A stretch of 64,000 bases of DNA, from contig CM022670.1 of NCBI GenBank assembly GCA_012295275.1, positions 14,198,001 through 14,262,000 of the forward strand, written 5' to 3'. Shown here piece by piece: positions 13,150-27,346 of the stretch (position 1 is the stretch's first letter; each line of letters begins with the position of its first letter). This stretch comes from Chrysomallon squamiferum (lineage: Eukaryota > Animalia > Mollusca). Position numbers and translations under genes: made by a program. Under the pieces are notes generated by a model that worked only from the letters and a program-made list of their open reading frames with translations, made no database searches and was not told the DNA's origin.

Positions 13150-13642
13150 CTGTGTGTATCTGTGTGTGTATGTGTGTGTGTGTGTGTGTGTGACATTCAG
13201 ACTGACAGACGAATATCACATACCAGCAAGTCAAAAGATTGAATAAAATGGCGTTCATTGAGGATATCTAATGTGATAGACAGGAATAAAGAGCAGACTG
13301 GCAGAAATAACAAACAAAAGGCGATAACGTACATCGATTTTCAAAAGGTATAAAATTACAGGAGCGGTACCGGGATGGGGAGAATTTATTATTGCAATCA
13401 CAGCCTACCAGTGTCTCCCTGAGGTTATTACTAATACTGCTATTACTGGTACTACTACAATAGCTACTACTACTACTATTAAAACAACTACTACTACTAT
13501 TACTATCAAAACAACAACTACTACTACTATTAGTATTACTATTACTTCTGCTACTACTGTTACAGTGATTAAATTGATGTACCAGATTAAATTTACTATC
13601 TGTGTATATCTGTTAAAAGATAAAACTTATAAAATATACTGA

Positions 13643-13689
<47 letters not shown>

Positions 13690-14231
13690 CTTACTTTATT
13701 TTATGTCTTGATGTCGTATTACGAAATAAAAATAATGTTATAAATTTCAAATAAATGTATCTGTTTCCATCTTACCAATTACTGAAAAAAGAAATATATA
13801 ATATTTTCAAAATAGTAGTAGTAGTAGTAGTAGTAGTAATAATAATAATAATAATAAGTAAATAAATAAATGAATAAACGCCATTTCCAGTTTCTCTGTT
13901 GTACGGTGTTATGAAAGAGACTTTCAGAAGTAATCGAATAAAGATTATTACAAAAATGCGTGGTTGAGCACTTTGAAAAGCGCATTTCGATTTTTCAATA
14001 TGGTAATATAATATTTATATCTGTTTTACCATTTGTGTTAAACGTATGTAGAATTAAAGTATGAAATAATAAATCTCAGTAGTCCATTTAACTGGTGATT
14101 TTCGTGTGTAAAATGAAATAACGATTTCTCTGAAATCTTAAGAAAAACAAACGAATATAAATGAAAAACATCAACCAAAATTATCATGAACAAAAAAACA
14201 AACAAAAAATATCCAAACTGGCATTAAATAT

Positions 14232-14342
<111 letters not shown>

Positions 14343-15102
14343 TAATATAAAAAAAAAAAGAAAAAAAAAAAAAAAAAAAAAAAAAAAATGAAAAAAAAGA
14401 ATAAAAACTAGAAAGGAAATAGGTGATAGAAGTGTAAGAAAAATGAATTTCACACATACATGCCAAGGCGCGTGAGGGCGCACACACATACAACCCATAC
14501 ACATAATCGAGCACACAGAGATACATATTACTCTCTCTGTAATCATACCTGCGCTACATACACATCCATACATATACTTGCATCCATCCATCCATCTCAT
14601 CGTACAAACACAGACATACAGAAATACTGAAACTATCAGACATTCGACATTCTATAACCAACACAGCTCGTATCACGTATTTCAGGATAGAGCCAAACAT
14701 AAAAATAATTACTGCCCCATCCCATCCGTTATTGTTAGCAGGTTGTTTGACGAACAAATACATCTGAGGCATTTGCCAATTTCTCAAAACGGCTGTAATT
14801 AATTGGTACGAGTCATATACAAGCCACATAAAACAAAATAATTGTAATTTTCCAAACAGCGATGTCGTTTGTGTGTTTATCTTGTCTTGGAAAAGGGATA
14901 TGATATCAGAATATTGATTAGAAAGCACGAAATGGTAAACAGTGTTTTGTGTGTAGTACAAGATAATGTAATAGCGCGTTCCATTACCGTTTCGCTGCAG
15001 ATTGGTTATGTATGTAAAATATGTAATGCAATACGTCTAAAAAGTTTTCGTATACCTCTAAATTACTGTATTTGATTACAATAAAATAGTTATAATACAA
15101 AG

Positions 15103-15166
<64 letters not shown>

Positions 15167-15800
15167 GCAATGTAAACGGAGAGAAAAAGATACTTAAACT
15201 ACTTATCTATCACTGGGTATTAACCAATTCAGGTTTTCGAGGTTATTATGGGATTCACCTCTTTGTGACCCGCACCTATTGTTATATGTTACCGAAGCAG
15301 TCAGTGATAGCAAATGATGAAACACTAGGGGATTACAATATAGATTATTTCCCAAAAGACCAACAATGGACTTATAACATTTCACAGTCCGACAAAATTT
15401 AAACAGAATTTTAAAATGTTGTGATGACTGCTGCCCATCGTCTTCTGTTTTGAATGCCATCCCTTAGCGTGATTCGTAGAATTGGCACCATTTGTTTCAA
15501 ACGTTAAAACTGGTGGAGCCTCTGGATCGGCTTGGATTCTGAGCAAGTGTTCAGTTTAATGACTATATAGCGACAGAAACGTTCAGCCGTATCACTTAAT
15601 CCCTTACTAATCCCTGAGACTGCGAGGCACAGTGAGGTTAAACGGTATTATGTAAGTTGTAATGTATTAAATCATTATGCAATATGCGTTCTACTAAATT
15701 CGTATGTACACCACTCATCAATCTGTAACATCATTTAACATTCGTACCTAGTAACCGTTAAGAAATACATTTCAAAGAAAACTGCTTGGAGGTATAAAAT

Positions 15801-15839
<39 letters not shown>

Positions 15840-16526
15840 GGAAATAATCGCACAGTAACGGCATTGTAATGTAATTGCCGTCTTAAAAATGTCTGGCCAG
15901 AAATCGACATTCAGATCTGTCAATTTCTAAACCATCTTTTTTTTTTCTTCTTTTTTCTTTTTTTTTCTTTCTGTCACGCATGAGCACGCGGAGTAAGTGG
16001 CGACACGAAATGGACAAGCGTCCTTCTCTTGTAAGATGATCGATGTCAGATACAAGTGACGACTCGAACGACAAGAAAACAGATTAAATAATCAATTCAG
16101 CCAGGTCGAGAGATAATCCACGACTCCTGAAGATGTCATTGATTGCCTGTCGAGAGAAAAAAAAATCCACTTTTTGTCCATTAGCGACTCTCCATTGCGC
16201 CATCAACATCAAAACGTGATGAGCGGATCAAGAGCAGGTAACGGCGCTCGGAAACTTCCTATTCCTTCTGGGGTAAACTTAATATAAAATTAGGAACAGG
16301 CCAGCGATTCTCAAACAGTGGTGGGGGTGGGGTACTTAGTTCCCAGGGTAGCAGTTTCGAAATTAAGAGGAGAAACTAGTGAGGAATTTGGGTCAAATAA
16401 AAAATCTCCGAACTGTGAAGTAACGTACCAATTGTATAATATATATTTTCAAGTGAAAGATACAGCTATAAGGGCGTCAACAAATTAACACTTAACAACA
16501 ACAAGTATAATAATAATAATAATAAT

Positions 16527-16583
<57 letters not shown>

Positions 16584-18564
16584 AATAATATATAATAATA
16601 ATAACAATAAAAAGTGAACTCTGGGATCACAAAAAGAGTAATGTGACTTTGCACTCTAAAAATCACTGGGTTAGATACCGACACAAACAGTTGTTCTCAA
16701 ACTATTCTATTATTTGTTCTTTCTTTTATTACATGAATCATTATCTTTCGTTCAGTAAAAAATACTTAAATACATTATCTTGTGCTAAAAAGAAAGAAAA
16801 AGATAGAAAAATTAGTGAAAAAAAGAGGATAATGTAACTGGTTAATTTGATACGCCTATCAGCTATAACTGTTAATTCATATGACGTCTTGATAATACAG
16901 CTGATTTCGTCGTTAAGCTTTTTACTCTAAACCTGTGGCTCCTCCTTTTTGGTATGAGGTTCCACCCTTTATATAATCATTTATTCGTTCATTTTCTTTA
17001 TTACGTTTATTTTTATTTTCGACTTAACATTGTTGAATCGAACACGAATTTAATTTAAAATATTTTCTTCGAGTATTACTTCAATTAGTAATTTTGTTCC
17101 ATTTTCATTTTGTTTTCTAAATTTAATTTTTAAATTATTATTATTATTATTATTATTATTATTTACTTTTTATCCTTGCTTTCTCTTTTTTAATCCTTCT
17201 TTTTCCCTTTGATTCATATTTTTTTTTTCTTTCTTCTTTAATTTTCCTTTTCCAACGTTTTCCCTTTTTCGTTCTTTCTGCTTTCTTTTCTTTTCTTTTC
17301 TTTTCTTTTTTTTTGCTTTTTTTTTGCTTTTAACTCTCCAACAGCGACAGCCGGTAAACGTCACATCGTTGTGATATTAAATACGCCTTTTAGAAAAGCT
17401 CTGAAGGAAAATAAAACGAACTGCTTCCCAAACGAGCACGCACGTCGAATCTTGTTAAGAACGTAAGTAGGAAACCGAAGAAACCCGCACGTTCAATACG
17501 TCCCATGTCAAACAGAGAAACACGTGGAACCACCGTGTTCTCTGAACTTCACGTCAGTACGCAGACAGCCGATTACCTAAAACAAAACAAAAAAGAATGA
17601 AGTCTGCCTGATATTTAACACGTGGTTATTAATATTCGCGTCAATATCTTGATTAATTACATTGATTACTATTAAGTGGTTAAAGGAAATTATTGTCTGT
17701 GGCGTAATTTTCAAATAGTAAGTAATTAAGAGATGAATGATAAAACATTGTTCTCAGTGTAAATAAATAAATATTGATCAGTTTTAAATATTTCCTTTTG
17801 CTTATAAATTGACACACACACACACACACACACTAACATACACAAATGCACGGACATATTATTGGATATATATATATAGAGAGAGAGAAAAATATTATAG
17901 ATTTTATCCATCGTTGGTAAACATTTTCTAGCCCTAAACTATATGGATAATATGATTTCAATTCCAGTTTCATTTGTTATATATATTCGATTTCTATCAA
18001 GTAGAATAAAATTTACCAGTTTATTTAATTTTAAACTCTATTTTTGATATCGATAAATGATGACATTTGAACATTTGAGACGCAGTATAGTTTATCACTT
18101 TTACTCTGTTAAAATCGTAAATTAATCATGCATATCACGATTCACACTTATCTAATATATTAAACATTAAACTACCATACAGACAGATTTGTCCATTTGC
18201 AGCGCACTATTACTATAAAAATAAATGTGTTTTTGTAAGTTGTCTGGCAAATTGTAGTCTAACAAATTGGATATCTGACAAATGGGATACAGTCATCTTA
18301 ACACACCCCATACAAATTAGAATGACTTAACACCCTTCACGTACATTAATCCATCAACACATTTCATCTCTGTGATTTACCTTTCGACTTAAGTGTTTTT
18401 TTTTCTCGAGACAGGAAACTGAAAAGTTCTGAAATCACTAGCTTTATCGATTGCCGAGATTCACGTCTTTTGAAATCACTCACGTGAAAACGAAGAGATA
18501 ATTTATACGAAATAATTTATAGCAAATGACACATTTTGTGTTATCTGCACGGAATATATATATA

Positions 18565-18813
18565 CAGTGGAACCTCGGGTACGAACTTAATTCGTTCCAG
18601 AAGTCGGTTCGTAAACCGAATTGTACTTAAACCCGAACGCCACTCTCGTGTTTTGCAATTATTTCTTTCTTAACCTCTACTGTAATACGTTTATACTTCT
18701 CACCAGCATTATCGCTTTCACTTTTTGTTAACTTGGGCGCCATATTTCCCAAGATCACGGTTCGTAATCCGATTTGTTCGTGCTTCGATGCGTTCGAAAA
18801 CAAGGTTCCACTG
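18565..18813 (-). mobile_element. Internally deleted Tigger/pogo (Tc1-mariner superfamily) DNA transposon / MITE, 249 bp
   Basis: Terminal inverted repeats CAGTGGAACCT.../...AGGTTCCACTG flanked by TA on both sides. Internal minus-strand ORF 18743-18627 MAPKLTKSESDNAGEKYKRITVEVKKEIIAKHESGVRV* resembles the CENP-B/psq HTH N-terminus of Tigger transposases. Confidence 0.85.
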
Positions 18814-20020
18814 TATATATATATATATATTTTTATATTTTTTTTTTTTTCTCTCTTTTTTCAGTTTGATTACAAAAAAAAAAAAAAAAAAAAATAAATA
18901 AAAGTACTAATAAAATATTTAAAGGAAACGATCAGAAGAAAAGAAGAGAGCGTGCCTTTAATGGGTTACAGTAAATAAAAACAGAACAAGAGAGAGATTG
19001 CGAGCGAGAGAGAGAGATAAAGAGATAAAGAGCGAGATAGAGATGGGGAAACCATATGTTTGATAATAACAACAACATCATAACAAGAACAACAACAATA
19101 ACAATAATAATAACAATAATGCTGCAAAAGATTTACTTGCATTAATACTAACTTAGACAAGTAGTTACGTGCTTACTAACCACATACCCACACACAAAGA
19201 CAAACACGGTTATGCTATCTTACATTTTTATCATTCACAATACTTTTTATCTAAAGTAATAACACTGCAAGAGACTTCCTCTTCAGTACCATTTGCTTTA
19301 TCAAGAACAACTATCAACTGCAATTTGTTGTTTAATGACCCTCTGCAGACCAATGTCAGAGAAAAACCACATTTTCGGAATTACAGCCTCGCCAGTTTGG
19401 CCACTTCGTTTCTCAACACATTTAATGGGGGAAATCTTCTCGGTCGTGCCTTTCGACAAATAAAAAGAAAATTGTAAGAAATTTACGACGCGGATCTTAG
19501 ATTCCAGGCACGAATAAGCGAACGACAGGGAAAGGCTATCACGAGCAATTGTCTTGTTGGAAATAGGATTCGTGCCGCTGCATCAAGGAAAACATATTCT
19601 AATTAAAATGGCCTCATTTTCGTAAAGAAGTGGTCCACTGTGCTCATCTGATCTTTGCTTTGTAGAAATTATACGGCACGATTTTCCAATCCTTTGTGTC
19701 TGAATTTCCTTTCCGTCGGGTTCGTTAAACACAATTAAGATAAAAAACCGTCCCGGGAGCGGAAAAAGCGATGAAATCCTTTAGAAATGCAACGTTGAGT
19801 ATCTGAGTCTTTAAAGTCCGTCTGTTGTGATTATTTTACATGGAAGAAAATAGTTAAAACTATCAACCGGCTGATGGGAGAATATTGTATTTATAATTTG
19901 AAAGAAGAAAAGAAGAAAGAAGAAGAAGAAAAATAAAGCCAGAAGAAAAAAAAACCAAAGATGGAAATCAAAAAATAAATGAAGAAAAAGAATATTTAGA
20001 GGAAAGTGAAGAAGAAAAAG

Positions 20021-20052
<32 letters not shown>

Positions 20053-20700
20053 AGAAGAAAGAACAAAAACTTTAAAAAAGTAGAAAGAAGAAGAACAAAA
20101 CAAAAAAAAAAAGAAAAATATGAGAACAGATTATTACATGAGAAATACGAAGAAAAAGAAGAAATTTTTATTGTTCACAGAAATAAGCGTTGAATGTACG
20201 ACTGTGGATGTTGAATCATGACTTTACAATAATCTTATTTTATCATACACGTACACGCTGTTGTCTTAACTTATTCTTGTAATTTATATAAATAATAACT
20301 TTTTAAAAGTTGTGTATTATAATCATCATCATCATCATCATTATCATTATGGTTATAATTATTATTATTATTATTATTATTATTATTGTTATTATTATTA
20401 TTATTGTTTCTAGTTTTTATAATTTATTTTGTATCAGTAAATCTTTTAACTTTTTATCTCAGTAAAACTAATTCTGAATTACCCAGTGACAAAATGATAC
20501 AAATACTGAAAAGTAAAATAAAAATAAAGGAAATGAATGAATGAATGAGTAAATAGATATATCTATAGATAGATAGATAGATACATTAATAACAAACAAA
20601 TAAACAAATAAGCAAATGAACAATAGATAAAATGAACAAATAAACGAAGAGATAAAGTAGATAACAAACAAACAAAAACAACAACAACAAAACACACAGC

Positions 20701-20739
<39 letters not shown>

Positions 20740-21337
20740 TCAAAACCCCCCAAAACCACAAAAAAAAAACCCCACAACAAAACAAACAAGAAAAACGAAT
20801 AGATAAAATTATAAATATGTGGAACAATAAAATAAAATAAAAGAAAATAAACACATAATTCCAGATTTATCTCGCTGTCATCATTCCTCCAAATCTGTTC
20901 TTTTCGTGTTACGGATCTAACTGTCGGGCTGGGCTGGCTGGAAATGTTTTTTTTTTTTTTTTTTTTTTCAAACCGTTGCCGGCTGCGGAAAAACAGCCTG
21001 TTTGTGTCGTGCAGGACAAATCCATTTCCGGTCTTTATAGAGGATGATGGACGTTTCCTATTGTTTGGCGGTTTCAGGTACGTCGTCGATCTGAATGTAT
21101 TTTCGGATCAACCTTTATGCACGTTTTGCAAGGACCGAATCTAGAGGGTGGTTTGGTGTATGCTGTTTCCTTTGTCTGTGCATCTGCTTTCTTTTTATTT
21201 TACATTTCAAGGTTTGTTTGCAGTCATTTTGCGACTGGCTGGACAAAAATTTGTTTTGCAGAGACAAAAAGTTAAAAGATTTTCTGATAAAAAATAAGTT
21301 ATAAAAACTAACATAATATTACTACTATTACTACTAT

Positions 21338-21382
<45 letters not shown>

Positions 21383-21662
21383 TACTAATAATGATAATGA
21401 TGATGATGAAGATGATGGTGATATTCTACCCACATAATACACTCTATCGCCAGCCTTGGGCTAATAGATTCAGCTGATCGCGAAAAACATGTGAAACACC
21501 AATCTACTTCAGATGAGAAAAGCGTAACTAAAAAAAAAAAATATATATATATATAATAAAATAAATTAATAAAATAAAAAAAAAATAAAATGATAATAAA
21601 AAAAAAAAAAAAAAAAAGAAAAAGAATAGGACAAAATAAAAAAAATAAAAAATAAATAAATA

Positions 21663-21698
<36 letters not shown>

Positions 21699-22448
21699 CA
21701 AAAAACAAAACATAAAAAACAAAATCAAACATAAAAAAAATAAAAAATAAAAAATAAAAATAACAAACCCCAAAAATAAAGAAATAAAAAATAAAAAATA
21801 AAAAATAAAATGCCATAAAGAAAGAACAAAAAAAGATTTAGTACATCCTGGTGCGATCAGAATAGAATTTTTAGCATTTCTGCTGCAATACGAGTACATA
21901 CTGATGTTTTGTTTATAAACTGAACTGCTGCTTGTTCATAATTTTTGCAGAAAAGTCCCTGTAAGAACAAAATCAATGGGATCTAACCGCGGGCGTGATA
22001 GTTTAAAAGCGATTTGGCTTAAAGTGCCATTAGAAACATGATACTCTTATGTCGTGTAGTTTTGTTTGTATCGATGTAAAATAGAAACTACTGATTTAAG
22101 AGTTGTTTATTTTATTCCCTATTTTTTCTTTATTTGTTACAGTCGTGGAGCTATATTTATATGGGTGTATGTGTTTCTTCCATTTTTTTATTATTATTAT
22201 TTTTTTAATGATGATGATAATGATACCCAAATATTGCTGTTGCAGTTGCTACTTTAACTACTGTTATTACGTCTTCTTCTACTTCTACAACAACAACTAC
22301 TACTACTGCTACTGTTACTACTACTACTACTGCTGTTACTCATATTAGTATTATTAGTGTTGCTATTTCTTCAAAATTATTATTACTAGCAAAAACTACT
22401 ATTATTGTAACTACAACAACAACAACAATAATAATAATAATAATAATA

Positions 22449-22500
<52 letters not shown>

Positions 22501-23144
22501 TACCATCTTCATCATCATCATTATCATCATCAGAATCACCACTAATATAACCATAACCATGTTAGACAAAATTGTCTGCTAGAAAATAATCCATCATCAA
22601 CCCGCATTAATTTAATAACATGCACCATTAACATCCATCGCCACAGATTCAGAACTAACCAGTGGTCACATTTTTAATTATTTCACTAATACATTTTACT
22701 CGAGCAGTAATTTTAACCTGGTCAAGTGCTTGACACACACAGATCTTATAGGGCATTTATTCTCGGAGGAACATTCTTACTTGACACCGGTCGCTTCCAC
22801 GTGTCAGACGTCAACATTTGCATTGTTTTCCAGCCATTGCTGCGCTGAGCAGAAACCATTGTATTGTCGCTGTTCGTTGACGTCATGGGGTTGACACCGA
22901 CACTCCACCCATCTGGTGACTGGAATTTATGCAAATATTAATTAATTGTTCTTAGTAAATTGACAGAGACATTATGTTCAGTCGTTCAAAATAATTATTG
23001 TTCTTGTCACGAAATGATCGAATATATATATATTTATTTATTTTGTGTCTTGTCTTTGTTTATCCTGAGGAATGCATTTTAGATTTAACTCGTTGTAAAA
23101 TGCAAGGATGCATTATATAATGAGTGTTTAAAAATCTTAATATC

Positions 23145-23420
23145 TAGTAGAGGGAGCCTGGGCACGGTGGATCACAAATCTTCTTTTCCAATTTTTCTCC
23201 AAGGTTAATGGCAGCAAGGTTAATAACCGTTCAAGAAACGACAGGGATGGATGTTCGCCATATAATCTTAATATTTTTATCCTTTCAACTACAGCCATTT
23301 TTGTCTGTGTAATGGTCAAACATTATTTTCCAAGTCATCCGCTGTGCCACACTACTGGGGTAGTCTGGATCACCACCCAGGTTACAGTGGATCAGCCCGG
23401 GGCAGAGTGAGTCAGTCATT
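23145..23420. mobile_element. Probable end of a decayed non-autonomous DNA transposon with subterminal repeats
   Basis: Five degenerate copies of GGGGCANAGTGGATCA (23160, 23357, 23380, 23399 forward; ~23335-23350 inverted), then a locally CpG-poor segment. Confidence 0.4.
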
Positions 23421-23665
23421 ATAAACATTTTCATTTTTCACACAAAACAGTTTATTTGATTGTTATAAGCAATTTACAACATCAGAACTGCTTTAATCTA
23501 CAAAATAACATCTGCTGGGTACATGCCATGTCAGTGACATCTGAACATGTCATTTTGATATGACTGGCTTCATACAAAGATCATTACAGTTGTGATTAGA
23601 CTACCAACGTGTCTAAATCAAGTCTTAGGTGAGTAGATGCTGAACAAACCGATTCAGTTTTTTAC

Positions 23666-23846
23666 ATTATGAATAATAAGATGGTTGATTACAACATGAT
23701 GGTTACATTTTAAAGCACTCAAAGAACATTAAAAGATTAACAGCATAAACATTGATATTATGAATAATAAGAAGGTTGATTACAACATAATGGTTACCTT
23801 TTAAAACACTCAAAGAACATTAAAAGATTAACAGCATAAACATTGA
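23666..23846. repeat. Tandem duplication, 91-bp unit x2
   Basis: attatgaataataag...cagcataaacattga repeated at 23666 and 23757. Confidence 0.93.
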
Positions 23847-24613
23847 CTAGTGCCTTAAATTAAAGAAGACCAACACACGCAAACAAACACAGGTTCTTAA
23901 CTGGGAAGACAACTTTGGGTTCATGGTAATATTAATATGCACAAACAAACAAACAACATCGGGTTCCTAAGAATCAGTGTAGCGGAATAAGGCTTCTACT
24001 GCGAACCATTTTCTTGAATACTGAAAAGGTACAGGATAAAAATATTACCCAATGACACCTTTCCAATTGATAAATATCTCTGACGTAGGTTTAATGGCGA
24101 ATGGAGGACAATGGATCTCTTGCACTTCATACGTGACCTTTTTCTACAAACGGCAGCCTGAAGAAGAAAGAGCACATGCTCTAATCAACACATAATATCT
24201 GGTTTCTTATCATTTCATGATCTGTACTTTATTAAAAAGTATAATTATTAGTCATACAAATTTACTTTCGATGGTGAAAACATACTTTATCTTGCTAATT
24301 TTCCAAATGCAAGCCTCAGTTAAAACAAAGAGGTTTCTTGATTGGATATTCACCATTAGCTTTTTACTGATGATATAAGCTCGGGATTCCCTTTTTTTTT
24401 TTTTTTTTTTAACTATTTAACAGTAAATACTCACTGATCCACGGAGCTCCGTGTTTCTCCGTGTCACGTTTCCCTCTGCTGGTAGTAGTAGCAGAATCAG
24501 TAGTAACAGTAGCAATAGCAGCAGCAACAGTAGTAGTAGTAGCAGCAAATAAGATAGCTGTAGTAAAAAATATGACAATAATAACAATAGTAATAGTACT
24601 AATATAGTAGTGC

Positions 24614-24669
<56 letters not shown>

Positions 24670-26774
24670 ATAGCAACAATAGTAATGATAACGATGATGA
24701 TGATAATTATTAATACCGTGAATAAAAAGTATCATCTCCTGCTTGTAAGTTATAGAACTTTCAACGGTCAAAATAAAAATATTTGGCGAAACAGTATTCT
24801 GAAATGACTACACATGACCATTAACAACGATATAATAATGTTTTTTTTTATTTTATTACAAACTGTGGTTATAAAAACAAGTTAACAAATTTTCCACTTC
24901 ACGATTCATTAAACCACGCACAATACCAATATATAATCATTTCACGCATCAGTGGGCCGCCTTTATTATTTCACAGACAGTAATTTAATTTTCAAAAATG
25001 GTGACCGATATTTTATTTCAAAGTTAGAGCTTCATCTCAAAGCGTCCATTCTCGTGAATCGTAAACTATTATATTTTACTTCTTTCAGCAGGAACATGCT
25101 CGATATTCCTAGGCTGAAATAAAGCACAAAAAAAAAACAGCGGCTTTTTCCATTTGAAACTTTATTTCAAAACGTATTCATTTGTTAAGGATAATAAACT
25201 CTGCTGATGATTCGACATTTCAAATCGGCCAGAACAATGCCCGTTCTACAGACGCCTTTCGATTAAATTTTTTTTTTCAAATCTTCCGAGTTTGTCTGAA
25301 CACTTTTCGAATCATACCGAGATCGGGCCAGACTCTCAGGTTCAACTGTTTTATAAATTTGTATCGAATCCAGATACATTAAAAAGTTACAAAAAACTTA
25401 TTAGTTTTTTTTATCCCAAGAGGTGAGCCTCTTTTGATTTAGAATAAAATAAGAAATCTTTATTACTTAAGAAGCATATAAATTAAATAAACAAGTTGCA
25501 AGGGAACTACCATTTTGTCCGTGAAATCATCTCCTCGGAATGAAAAGACAGACAAATAGATAAACAGACTTGTAGACAGATAGATAAGATGTTATTAATA
25601 ATAATAATTACAGAAAATAAAAAATAAATAAAGCATAAAGGAACCAGCAAAGTACGGACTATAATTAAAAACACAGAACTCAACACAGCAACAGAATTCC
25701 CGTCATCGAGGTCGCATTATTAACAAACCGCGAACAAAATGTAAACCAAAATCCACTAAAAACGATATCAAATGAAACCCACTTTTTATTACAAATAATA
25801 GATTATTTATTTCACGGCTAGCTTAAAATGCAAATGTGATGGGCCTGGATATTTTTTGGATGAAAAATAAACGACCTAAATCGCTTCTCACAGCAAACAT
25901 CATTTCCTAGTTTGTCAATAAACCGTTTTCAGTTCCATCTTTAACAGTGAATACCCATTAGATAATGAGAAAAACTGTGTGTGACTAATTTTTTTGATTA
26001 TTTTATTTAATTTTTTTTTGAAGATGTAAAAGCATAAAAAGTAATTTCATTTAAAAGGAATAAATAATTAATTTTCAACATTATTAAAGACAGAGATGTC
26101 ACGATTATAAGTTGTTAACGAAAACAGGCCGAAACGACAATTGACTTCACGAACGACGGATCGAACCATTACGACAGTGAATTTAGATTTCTGCCGTGAA
26201 TAACCGTCACATTTTCTGCTTTATTGAAACTTTTCTTTCTTTCTTTTAAAGTAATTTACTTTCAGTGAGCAGTTATTCCTTTTCTTTAATTCCAGTTTTA
26301 AAATGTAATCTATCTGGCAAATACACATTCGTATTTAAAGAGAGTGCTATCAAGATAAATAGGCTGGCAAACACACGGACAGGGAAATAGAACAGACGGA
26401 CAAAAGGTTAGGTTTAAACAGATAAGTGCAAGGAAAGAAAAAGAAAATATAAATCTGTAAGAAAAGAAGAAGAAGATCTGAAGAAAACGAAAGAGACGTG
26501 GAAAATAATCTTTATAGCATTTTCTTTGTTTCCTCCAAAAGCACTTTTAGCACCATGCAATTTTCTTTCACAGAGACGTAGAAGAAAAATCTCCAATAAA
26601 CTGAGTCTACAACAAGTTTGTATCGATTTACTCAGTCTGAATATGACACTTTGAACACATTGAAACAATGATAATCTTTATAAGTAAGAAAAACCTGCAG
26701 TAGTCATTTCATTGAATACAGTTATTGGTTTAGTATTAAAGGATCTCGTATAATCCTGCCATTAGCGCTGAAAA

Positions 26775-26845
26775 CACTTACCACGGCTTTTGATAAAGCG
26801 TTGATGGAGTTTTGGTTGGAATGGAAATAGCTTATGAGGTTCAAC
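26775..26845 (-). mobile_element. Decayed SINE fragment (segment 5' of the core)
   Basis: taccacggcttttgataaa...ttggttggaatggaaatagc; similar tggttggaacgtgaaaaa text at 37723-37740. Confidence 0.35.
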
Positions 26846-27315
26846 AAACCGAACTGGTCCTGCGAATCTGTATTTACATCCGAGTTTCACCTGAAACTGG
26901 GATGTGAAGCAAATCAATGCGGGACGGGAAAGATAACACAGAAATTCTGCAAGGGATATTTTGTTAGCTCTTTACCTATAAAGAAGAAGAAGAAGAAGAA
27001 GAAAAACAACAAAATTTATAAAAATAACGATAAAACAAATATTAAATAAAATTAAAAAAAAAGAAGAAAAATAACGCGTATTGTTTGAAATGATGAAAGG
27101 GCGGATCGAGCAGAAGTACTAATCACGGTTGTTTTCTCTTCTTCGCTGGCTTCTGATGGTCCACATTCGGTCCTAGCACACACGTACTGTGTTAATTAGA
27201 TAAACTGTAGTTAGAACCAATAATGAAGTTTAAATCATTAATAAAGGGTAAATACGTAGAGAATCGGCTCTGGTGAAGATCCAGAAGCACATAATTTTAT
27301 TTTATTAATTTAGAT

Positions 27316-27346
<31 letters not shown>

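Noticed and set aside
14554-14961. 135-aa minus-strand ORF with hydrophobic stretches
   Set aside because: No ATG start, no recognisable family motif, no convincing splice sites; a BLASTP/RNA-seq check would settle it.
15611-15632. TCCCTGAGAC, first 10 nt of miR-125
   Set aside because: Remainder differs and there is no complementary arm for a hairpin.
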